Source of the DNA: a virus | Lineage: Duplodnaviria; Heunggongvirae; Uroviricota; Caudoviricetes | Strand: one strand, 5' to 3' | IMG/VR virus record: IMGVR_UViG_2711768016_000013 | DNA length: 48,174 nucleotides | Part shown: positions 39,962 to 48,174 of the stretch, piece by piece | How positions within the stretch are numbered: position 1 is the first letter of the stretch | Layout of the letters: each line of letters opens with the position of its first letter | Notes under the pieces: model-generated | What the model saw: only the letters and a program-made list of their open reading frames with translations | Told to the model about the DNA's origin: nothing | The model's database searches: none | Translations under genes and position numbers: made by a program

Positions 39962-40506
39962 AAACGGGGGCCGAAGCCATCCGGGCACTGGCCACACAGC
40001 TCCCGGCATTTCGTCAGAAACTGAGCGACGGCTGGTATCAGGTGCGCATTGCCGGGCGTGATGCAGGCGAAAATGAATTATCTGCCCGTCTTAATGAACC
40101 GCTGGCAAATGGTGCCGTGATCCACATCGTTCCGCGTCTGGCGGGTGCCAAAAGTGGCGGTGTGTTTCAGGCGGTGCTGGGTGCGGCGCTGATTGCGGTG
40201 GCATGGTGGAACCCTGTGGGCTGGCTGGGGGCCGCGGCTGTATCGGGTATGTATGCAGCAGGGGCCAGTATGATCCTGGGTGGTGTGGCGCAGATGCTGG
40301 CACCGAAAGCCAGGACGCCCACGGCAGCCAGTACAGATAACGGCAAACAGAACACGTATTTCTCGTCACTGGATAACATGGTTGCCCAGGGTAATGTTCT
40401 GCCTGTTCTGTACGGGGAAATGCGCGTGGGGTCACGTGTGGTTTCTCAGGAGATCAGCACGGCAGACGAAGGGGATGGTGGTCAGGTTGTGGTGATTGGT
40501 CGCTGA
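39859..40506 (+). CDS. Tail assembly protein I (lambda gpI-like)
   Basis: MAATHTLPLASPGMARICLYGDLQRFGRRIDLRVK... matches lambda I N-terminus as remembered; overlaps K 3' end. Confidence 0.8.
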   Translation: MAATHTLPLASPGMARICLYGDLQRFGRRIDLRVKTGAEAIRALATQLPAFRQKLSDGWYQVRIAGRDAGENELSARLNEPLANGAVIHIVPRLAGAKSGGVFQAVLGAALIAVAWWNPVGWLGAAAVSGMYAAGASMILGGVAQMLAPKARTPTAASTDNGKQNTYFSSLDNMVAQGNVLPVLYGEMRVGSRVVSQEISTADEGDGGQVVVIGR

Positions 40507-40524
40507 TGCAAAATGTTTTATGAG

Positions 40525-40548
40525 AAACCGCCTGCGGGCGGTTTTGTC
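40525..40548 (+). terminator. Hairpin between I and J genes
   Basis: AAACCGCC-TGCG-GGCGGTTT followed by T-rich tract. Confidence 0.4.
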
Positions 40549-40566
40549 GTTTATGGAGCGTGAGGA

Positions 40567-43500
40567 ATGGGTAAAGGCAGCAGTAAGGGGCATACCCCGC
40601 GCGAAGCGAAGGACAACCTGAAGTCCACGCAGCTGCTGAGTGTGATCGATGCCATCAGTGAAGGGCCGGTTGAAGGTCCGGTGGATGGATTAAAAAGCGT
40701 GCTGCTGAACAGTACGCCGGTGCTGGACAATGAGGGGAATACCAACATCTCCGGCGTCACGGTGGTGTTCCGGGCAGGTGAGCAGGAGCAGTCACCGCCG
40801 GAGGGGTTTGAATCCTCCGGCTCCGAGACGGTGCTGGGTACGGAAGTGAAATATGACACGCCGATCACCCGGACCATCACGTCGGCAAACATCGACCGTC
40901 TGCGCTTTACCTTCGGTGTACAGGCACTGGTGGAAACCACCTCAAAGGGAGACAGGAATCCGTCGGAAGTCCGCCTGCTGGTTCAGATACAGCGTAACGG
41001 TGGCTGGGTGACGGAAAAAGACATCACCATTAAGGGCAAAACCACCTCGCAGTATCTGGTCTCGGTGGTGGTGGATAACCTGCCTCCGCGCCCGTTCAGT
41101 ATCCGGATGCGCAGGATGACACCGGACAGCACCACAGACCAGCTGCAGAACAAAACGCTCTGGTCGTCATACACCGAAATCATCGATGTGAAACAGTGCT
41201 ACCCGAACACTGCACTGGTCGGCGTACAGGTGGACTCGGAGCAGTTCGGCAGCCAGCAGGTGAGTCGTAATTATCATCTTCGCGGGCGCATTCTGCAGGT
41301 GCCGTCGAACTATAACCCGCAGACGCGACAATACAGCGGTATCTGGGACGGAACGTTAAAACCAGCATACAGCAACAACATGGCCTGGTGTCTGTGGGAT
41401 ATGCTGACCCACCCGCGCTACGGCATGGGGAAACGTCTTGGTGCGGCGGATGTGGACAAATGGGCGCTGTATGTCATCGGCCAGTACTGCGACCAGTCAG
41501 TGCCGGACGGCTTTGGCGGCACGGAGCCGCGCATCACCTGTAATGCGTACCTGACCACACAGCGCAAGGCGTGGGATGTGCTCAGTGATTTCTGCTCGGC
41601 GATGCGCTGTATGCCGGTATGGAACGGGCAGACGCTGACGTTCGTGCAGGACCGACCGTCGGATAAGGTGTGGACCTATAACCGCAGTAATGTGGTGATG
41701 CCGGATGATGGCGCGCCGTTCCGCTACAGCTTCAGCGCCCTGAAAGACCGCCATAATGCCGTTGAGGTGAACTGGATTGACCCGGATAACGGCTGGGAGA
41801 CGGCGACAGAGCTTGTGGAGGATACGCAGGCCATTGCCCGTTACGGTCGTAACGTCACGAAGATGGATGCTTTTGGCTGTACCAGCCGGGGGCAGGCACA
41901 CCGCGCCGGGCTGTGGCTGATTAAAACAGAACTGCTGGAAACGCAGACCGTGGACTTCAGCGTGGGCGCAGAAGGGCTTCGCCATGTGCCGGGCGATGTC
42001 ATTGAAATCTGTGATGATGACTATGCGGGTATCAGCATCGGCGGGCGCGTGCTGGCGGTAAACAGCCAGACCCGGACGCTGACGCTCGACCGTGAAATCA
42101 CGCTGCCATCCTCCGGTACCATGCTGATAAGCCTGGTTGACGGAAGTGGCAATCCGGTCAGCGTGGAGGTTCAGTCCGTCACCGACGGCGTGAAGGTGAA
42201 AGTGAGCCGTGTTCCTGACGGCGTTGCTGAATACAGCGTGTGGGGGCTGAAGCTGCCGACGTTGCGCCAGCGCCTGTTCCGCTGTGTGAGTATCCGTGAG
42301 AACGATGACGGCACGTATGCCATCACTGCCGTGCAGCATGTACCGGAAAAAGAAGCCATCGTGGATAACGGGGCGCACTTTGACGGCGACCAGAGCGGCA
42401 CGGTGAATGGTGTCACGCCGCCAGCGGTGCAGCACCTGACTGCCGAAGTCACCGCAGACAGCGGGGAATATCAGGTGCTGGCGCGCTGGGACACGCCGAA
42501 GGTGGTGAAGGGGGTGAGCTTTATGCTTCGCCTGACCGTGGCAGCGGATGACGGCAGTGAGCGGCTGGTCAGCACGGCCCGGACGACGGAAACCACATAC
42601 CGCTTCACGCAACTGGCGCTGGGACGGTACACGCTGACAGTCCGGGCGGTAAATGCCTGGGGACAGCAGGGCGATCCGGCGTCGGTATCGTTCAGGATTG
42701 CCGCACCGGTAGCACCGTCGCGGATTGAGCTGACGCCGGGCTATTTTCAGATAACTGCCACGCCGCATCTTGCGGTTTATGATCCGACGGTACAGTTTGA
42801 GTTCTGGTTCTCGGAAACGCGGATTACCGATATCAGGCAGGTTGAAACCACAGCCCGCTACCTTGGCGCGGGGCTGTACTGGATAGCCGCCAGTATCAAT
42901 ATCAAACCGGGCCATGATTATTACTTTTATATCCGCAGTGTGAACACCGTTGGCAAATCGGCATTCGTGGAGGCCGTCGGTCGGGCGAGCGATGATGCGG
43001 AAGGTTACCTGGATTTTTTCAAAGGCAAGATAACCGAATCCCATCTCGGTAAAGAGCTGCTGGAAAAAGTTGATCTGACGGAGGATAACGCCAGCAGACT
43101 GGATGAGTTTTCGAAAGAGTGGAAGGACGCTAACGATAAATGGAATGCGATGTGGGGCGTCAAAATTGAGCAGACCAAAGACGGCAAACATTATGTCGCG
43201 GGTATTGGCCTCAGCATGGAGGACACGGAGGAAGGCAAGCTGAGCCAGTTTCTGGTTGCCGCCAATCGTATCGCGTTTATTGACCCGGCAAACGGGAATG
43301 AAACGCCGATGTTTGTGGCGCAGGGCAACCAGATATTCATGAACGACGTGTTCCTGAAGCGCCTGACAGCCCCCGCCATTACCAGCGGTGGCAGTCCTCC
43401 GGTATTTTCCCTGACATCAGACGGAAAGCTGACCGCTAAAAATGCGGATATCAGTGGTAGTGTGAATGCGAACTCAGGAACGCTCAACAATGTCACGATT

Positions 43501-43980
43501 AACCAGAACTGTACGATTAAGGGCATGCTGGAGGCGACCCAGGTCAGAGGGGATTTCGTTAAAGCTGTATCAAAAGCCTTCCCGAAAAAAGTCGGTACGT
43601 GGGGTAACACGGAAACACCAGACGGTACGGTTACAGTCACCATCAGCGATGATCATAACTTTGACCGCCAGATTATTATTCCGCCCATTATTTTTAACGG
43701 TATAGCGTATGACGATCCGGGGAGCGGAAATAACCCGGGAGGCACGCGATACACGGGTTATGGTTTTGAAGTTCGCAAAAACGGCGTATTAATCGCATCC
43801 AGAGAAACTAAAGGGGCCATTCCCGGTAGTTACAGTGCAGTTATTGATATGCCTAGTGGTGGTGGTAGCGTCACTCTGGAGTTTAAGATTTTCCAGAAAG
43901 GCAATCAGGGGGCAGGCAATATCACCGACTGTACGGTGATTGTGACCAAAAAAGCGGCTTCCGGCATCAGTATTCGTTGA
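40567..43980 (+). CDS. Host specificity protein J (central tail fiber / tip attachment)
   Basis: 1137 aa; N-terminus [21 protein letters not shown]... typical of lambda J. Confidence 0.92.
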   Translation: MGKGSSKGHTPREAKDNLKSTQLLSVIDAISEGPVEGPVDGLKSVLLNSTPVLDNEGNTNISGVTVVFRAGEQEQSPPEGFESSGSETVLGTEVKYDTPITRTITSANIDRLRFTFGVQALVETTSKGDRNPSEVRLLVQIQRNGGWVTEKDITIKGKTTSQYLVSVVVDNLPPRPFSIRMRRMTPDSTTDQLQNKTLWSSYTEIIDVKQCYPNTALVGVQVDSEQFGSQQVSRNYHLRGRILQVPSNYNPQTRQYSGIWDGTLKPAYSNNMAWCLWDMLTHPRYGMGKRLGAADVDKWALYVIGQYCDQSVPDGFGGTEPRITCNAYLTTQRKAWDVLSDFCSAMRCMPVWNGQTLTFVQDRPSDKVWTYNRSNVVMPDDGAPFRYSFSALKDRHNAVEVNWIDPDNGWETATELVEDTQAIARYGRNVTKMDAFGCTSRGQAHRAGLWLIKTELLETQTVDFSVGAEGLRHVPGDVIEICDDDYAGISIGGRVLAVNSQTRTLTLDREITLPSSGTMLISLVDGSGNPVSVEVQSVTDGVKVKVSRVPDGVAEYSVWGLKLPTLRQRLFRCVSIRENDDGTYAITAVQHVPEKEAIVDNGAHFDGDQSGTVNGVTPPAVQHLTAEVTADSGEYQVLARWDTPKVVKGVSFMLRLTVAADDGSERLVSTARTTETTYRFTQLALGRYTLTVRAVNAWGQQGDPASVSFRIAAPVAPSRIELTPGYFQITATPHLAVYDPTVQFEFWFSETRITDIRQVETTARYLGAGLYWIAASINIKPGHDYYFYIRSVNTVGKSAFVEAVGRASDDAEGYLDFFKGKITESHLGKELLEKVDLTEDNASRLDEFSKEWKDANDKWNAMWGVKIEQTKDGKHYVAGIGLSMEDTEEGKLSQFLVAANRIAFIDPANGNETPMFVAQGNQIFMNDVFLKRLTAPAITSGGSPPVFSLTSDGKLTAKNADISGSVNANSGTLNNVTINQNCTIKGMLEATQVRGDFVKAVSKAFPKKVGTWGNTETPDGTVTVTISDDHNFDRQIIIPPIIFNGIAYDDPGSGNNPGGTRYTGYGFEVRKNGVLIASRETKGAIPGSYSAVIDMPSGGGSVTLEFKIFQKGNQGAGNITDCTVIVTKKAASGISIR

Positions 43981-44002
43981 AATATTTATAACCCCAATAA
44001 AT

Positions 44003-44026
44003 GGCGTCAGGAATGACGCCTTTTTT
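44003..44026 (+). terminator. Rho-independent terminator after J
   Basis: GGCGTCA-GGAA-TGACGCC followed by TTTTTT. Confidence 0.65.
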
Positions 44027-44050
44027 ATTGCAGAAAAGCGAGAGGTAATT

Positions 44051-44650
44051 ATGCGTAAAGTTTGTGCCGCCATTTTGTCCGCAGCCATTTGTCTGGCCGT
44101 ATCCGGTGCGCCTGCATGGGCGTCTGAACATCAGTCCACGCTGAGCGCGGGGTATCTTCATGCCCGGACCAACGTTCCCGGCAGTGATGATCTGAACGGG
44201 ATTAACGTGAAATACCGTTATGAGTTTACGGATACGCTGGGGCTGGTGACGTCATTCAGCTATGCAGGAGACAAGAATCGCCAGCTGACCCGTTACAGCG
44301 ATACCCGCTGGCATGAAGATTCCGTTCGTAACCGCTGGTTCAGCGTAATGGCGGGGCCGTCTGTGCGCGTGAATGAATGGTTCAGCGCGTATGCGATGGC
44401 GGGTGTGGCTTACAGCCGTGTGTCGACTTTCTCCGGGGATTATCTCCGCGTAACTGACAACAAGGGGAAAACGCACGACGTGCTGACCGGAAGTGATGAC
44501 GGTCGCCACAGCAACACGTCTCTGGCGTGGGGAGCTGGCGTGCAGTTTAACCCGACCGAATCCGTGGCCATTGATATTGCTTATGAAGGCTCCGGCAGTG
44601 GCGACTGGCGCACTGACGGTTTCATCGTGGGTGTCGGTTATAAGTTCTGA
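44051..44650 (+). CDS. lom: Lom/Ail-family outer membrane beta-barrel protein (intact)
   Basis: Signal peptide, alternating-hydrophobic beta-strand pattern, C-terminal ...GVGYKF. Confidence 0.9.
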   Translation: MRKVCAAILSAAICLAVSGAPAWASEHQSTLSAGYLHARTNVPGSDDLNGINVKYRYEFTDTLGLVTSFSYAGDKNRQLTRYSDTRWHEDSVRNRWFSVMAGPSVRVNEWFSAYAMAGVAYSRVSTFSGDYLRVTDNKGKTHDVLTGSDDGRHSNTSLAWGAGVQFNPTESVAIDIAYEGSGSGDWRTDGFIVGVGYKF

Positions 44651-44676
44651 TTAGCCAGGTAACACAGTGTTATGAC

Positions 44677-44703
44677 AGCCCGCCGGTTCAGGCGGGCTTT
44701 TTT
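44677..44703 (+). terminator. Rho-independent terminator after lom
   Basis: AGCCCGCC-GGTTCA-GGCGGGCT followed by TTTTTT. Confidence 0.65.
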
Positions 44704-44714
44704 GTGGGGTGAAT

Positions 44715-47543
44715 ATGGCAGTAAAGATTTCAGGTGTACTGAAAGACGGCACAGGAAAACCGGTACAGAACTGCACAATCCAGCTGAAAGCAAAACGTAA
44801 CAGCACCACGGTGGTGGTGAACACGCTGGCCTCAGAAAATCCGGATGAAGCCGGGCGTTACAGCATGGACGTTGAGTACGGTCAGTACAGCGTTATTCTG
44901 TTGGTGGAAGGATTCCCGCCGTCACATGCCGGGACCATCACTGTGTATGAAGATTCCCGACCCGGTACGCTGAATGATTTTCTCGGTGCCATGACGGAGG
45001 ATGATGCCCGTCCGGAGGCTCTGCGCCGTTTTGAACTGATGGTGGAAGAGGTGGCGCGTAACGCGTCCGCGGTGGCACAGAACACGGCAGCCGCGAAGAA
45101 GTCAGCCAGTGATGCCGGCACATCTGCCCGTGAGGCGGCAACCCATGCGACTGATGCTGCAGGCTCAGCGCGTGCAGCCAGCACGTCAGCCGGACAGGCC
45201 GCGACTTCGGCTCAGGAGGCGTCTTCCAGCGCAGGAACGGCATCAACAAAGGCCACTGAAGCATCAAAAAGTGCTGCCGCTGCAGAGTCCTCAAAAAGCG
45301 CGGCGGCCACCAGTGCCGGTGCGGCGAAAACGTCAGAAACGAATGCTGCAGCGTCACAAAAATCAGCAGCCACTTCTGCATCCACTGCGACAACGAAAGC
45401 GTCAGAAGCCGCCACTTCAGCCAGAGATGCGGCGGCCTCCAAAGAGGCGGCAAAATCATCAGAAACGAACGCCTCCACAAGCGCCAGCAGTGCAGCCTCC
45501 TCGGCAACGGCGGCAGGAAATTCCGTGAAGGCGGCAAAAACGTCCGAGACGAATGCTAAGTCTTCTGAAACGGCAGCGGAACAGAGCGCCTCAGCTGCGG
45601 CAGACTCTGAGACAGCAGCTGCATCATCGGCCCGTGAGGCGTCCATTAAGGCAGAGGAGGCAGCAGTCAGTGCCACCGCCGCCGGAAAATCGGCAGAAAG
45701 CGCCGCATCATCCGCTTCAACAGCCACAACGAAGGCTGGCGAAGCCACTGAACAGGCCAGCGCAGCAGCGAGGTCTGCTTCCGCAGCGAAGACATCCGAA
45801 ACGAACGCGAAAGCGTCGGAAACCAGCGCAGAATCCTCAAAAACGGCTGCCGCATCGTCCGCCAGTTCGGCGGCGTCATCGGCATCATCTGCGTCTGCTT
45901 CAAAAGATGAGGCGACCAGACAGGCGTCAGCAGCGAGGGGCAGCGCCACGACGGCATCCACGAAGGCGACAGAGGCTGCTGGCAGTGCGGCAGCGGCAGC
46001 ACAGAGCAAAAGTACGGCGGAATCCGCGGCAACGCGCGCCGAGACAGCAGCAAAACGGGCAGAGGATATTGCATCCGCCGTGGCGCTTGAGGATGCGAGC
46101 ACGACGAAAAAGGGGATAGTACAGCTCAGCAGTGCGACCAACAGCACTTCCGAGTCACAGGCGGCAACGCCAAAAGCCGTTAAGGCCGCGTATGACCTGG
46201 CTAACGGGAAATACACCGCACAGGACGCTACGACAGCACAAAAAGGAATTGTCCAGCTCAGTAGTGCAACCAACAGCACATCTGAAACGCTTGCTGCGAC
46301 ACCGAAAGCAGTGAAAGCAGCTAATGACAATGCGAATGGTCGGGTACCTTCTGCCCGTAAGGTGAATGGTAAGGCGCTTTCAGCGGATATAACACTGACG
46401 CCGAAAGATATTGGTACGCTTAACTCAACAACAATGTCATTCAGCGGTGGTGCTGGTTGGTTCAAATTAGCAACGGTAACCATGCCACAGGCGAGTTCTG
46501 TTGTTTCAATTACGTTGATTGGTGGCGCTGGATTTAACGTGGGGTCACCTCAACAGGCAGGTATATCTGAACTTGTTTTACGTGCAGGTAATGGTAATCC
46601 GAAGGGGATTACTGGTGCTTTATGGCAGCGCACATTGACAGGGTTTACAAATTTTGCCTGGGTTAATACATCTGGTGATACTTACGATATTTACGTTGCA
46701 ATCGGAAATTATGCGACTGGTGTAAATATTCAATGGGATTATACCAGTAATGCCAGCGTGACGATTCATACGTCACCAGCATATTCTGCTAATAAGCCGG
46801 AAGGGTTAACGGACGGTACAGTTTATTCACTCTATACGCCATCAGAGCAGTTTTATCCGCCTGGCGCACCAATCCCGTGGCCATCAGATACCGTTCCGTC
46901 TGGCTATGCCCTGATGCAGGGGCAGGCTTTTGACAAATCTGCATACCCGAAACTTGCAGCGGCTTATCCGTCAGGCGTGATCCCTGATATGCGTGGCTGG
47001 ACGATTAAGGGCAAACCTGCCAGTGGTCGGGCCGTATTGTCTCAGGAACAGGACGGCATTAAATCGCATACCCACAGCGCCAGCGCATCCAGTACGGATT
47101 TGGGGACGAAAACCACATCGTCGTTTGATTACGGCACTAAATCCACGAATAACACTGGTGCGCATACCCATAGTTTAAGTGGCAGCACGAATGCAGCTGG
47201 TAATCACAGCCATAGAGATGGCCGTCGATTTAACCCCAGTGTTTTTAAAGATACTTATCAATATGGTTATACAAGCTCAGGTCAAAATACCTGGGGTGTA
47301 CAAGGCTCAGTAGGTATGTCTACGGGGTGGTTAGCGAATACCAGTATAGATGGTAATCATAGCCATTCACTGTCCGGCACAGCAGCATCTGCAGGTGCAC
47401 ACGCGCATACTGTCGGTATTGGTGCTCATACGCACTCCGTTGCGATTGGTTCACATGGACACACCATCACCGTTAACGCTGCTGGTAACGCGGAAAACAC
47501 CGTCAAAAACATCGCATTTAACTATATTGTGAGGCTTGCATAA
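44715..47543 (+). CDS. stfR: Side tail fiber protein (Stf-like) with Ala/Ser/Thr-rich repeat shaft and His-rich C-terminal tip
   Basis: [26 protein letters not shown]... N-terminus; long low-complexity repeat; C-terminal HxH repeats. Confidence 0.85.
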
Positions 47544-48174
47544 TGGCATTCAGAATGAGTGAACAACCACGGACCATAAAAATTTATAATCTGCTGGCCG
47601 GAACTAATGAATTTATTGGTGAAGGTGATGCATATATTCCGCCTCATACAGGTCTGCCANNNNNNNNNNNNNNNNNNNNNNNNNNNNNNNNNNNNNNNNN
47701 NNNNNNNNNNNNNNNNNNNNNNNNNNNNNNNNNNNNNNNNNNNNNNNNNNNNNNNNNNNNNNNNNNNNNNNNNNNNNNNNNNNNNNNNNNNNNNNNNNNN
47801 NNNNNNNNNNNNNNNNNNNNNNNNNNNNNNNNNNNNNNNNNNNNNNNNNNNNNNNNNNNNNNNNNNNNNNNNNNNNNNNNNNNNNNNNNNNNNNNNNNNN
47901 NNNNNNNNNNNNNNNNNNNNNNNNCCCCGGAGGGGGGCATTTCATTATTTTTCTAATCGTTACTGGTGAGAAGGCGGAAGAAACAAAAAACAACCTGATG
48001 CAGGTAGCCAGTGAGCATATTGCGCCGCTTCAGGATGCTGCAGATCTGGAAATTGCAACGGAGGAAGAAATCTCGTTGCTGGAAGCATGGAAAAAGTATC
48101 GGGTATTGCTGAACCGTGTTGATACGTCAACTGCACCTGATATTGAGTGGCCTACGAACCCTGTCAGGGAGTAA
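47543..48174 (+). CDS. tfaR: Tail fiber assembly protein (Tfa-like), interrupted by an N-run gap
   Basis: Starts by ATGA overlap with stf stop; C-terminal reading after the gap ends at TAA 48172-48174; gap length breaks the frame. Confidence 0.55.
47660..47924. other. Assembly gap (265 N)
   Basis: Run of n characters in the sequence. Confidence 1.

Larger units (their letters stand above)
1..48174. mobile_element. Rac-type lambdoid prophage; window lies entirely inside it, from int stop codon to tfa
   Basis: Continuous phage gene order int-xis-recET-kil-sieB-repressor-replication-nin/Q-lysis-terminase-head-tail-lom-stf-tfa; many products match Rac prophage proteins as remembered. Confidence 0.85.

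Noticed and set aside
41497-43191. 564-aa minus-strand ORF inside the J gene
   Set aside because: Lies entirely antisense to a well-supported 1137-aa host-specificity gene in GC-rich DNA, where long antisense ORFs arise by chance; product is Arg/Pro/His-rich and low complexity, with no RBS context.
44882-46483. Several long ORFs on both strands (up to 423 aa) overlapping the side tail fiber repeat region
   Set aside because: Artefacts of the Ala/Ser-rich codon repeat (GCN/TCN-rich), which keeps alternative frames open; products are pure low complexity.
47607-47993. ORFs whose translations consist largely of X across the N run
   Set aside because: Artefacts of translating the assembly gap.
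1-48174. CRISPR arrays and IS/transposase genes
   Set aside because: No short direct repeats with regular unique spacers and no transposase-like ORFs or terminal inverted repeats were seen; the only recombinase is the phage integrase.

Overview
The whole window lies inside a near-complete Rac-type lambdoid prophage of an E. coli-like enterobacterium, running from the integrase stop codon (position 1) to a tail-fiber assembly gene at the 3' end; no att sites are in the window. Gene order: int/xis, early-left recombination and host-kill genes (ralR, recT, recE, racC, ydaE, kilR, sieB, ydaF, ydaG), immunity (racR, ydaS, ydaT), replication (ydaU, DnaC-like ydaV), an AT-rich accessory insert (about 11.76-15.7 kb), nin-like genes and a Q-like antiterminator, two TolA-domain-III-like lipoproteins, an intact pinholin / SAR-endolysin / Rz / Rz1 lysis cassette, trkG, a ParB-like plus glycosyltransferase-like pair, terminase, portal, head, lambda-like tail genes (G/GT frameshift, tape measure, M, L, K, I, J), lom, side tail fiber and tfa (broken by a 265-nt N run). 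The best candidate for an undescribed system is the two-gene operon at about 11.96-13.94 kb: a 321-363 aa protein with an Rx4H (HEPN-like) motif and a 333 aa protein with a GNAT-like C-terminal motif, in an island much more AT-rich than the phage backbone and with its own extended -10 promoter. All homology calls come from reading the translations against remembered protein families; no database search was run. No tRNA, CRISPR array or IS/transposase was found.
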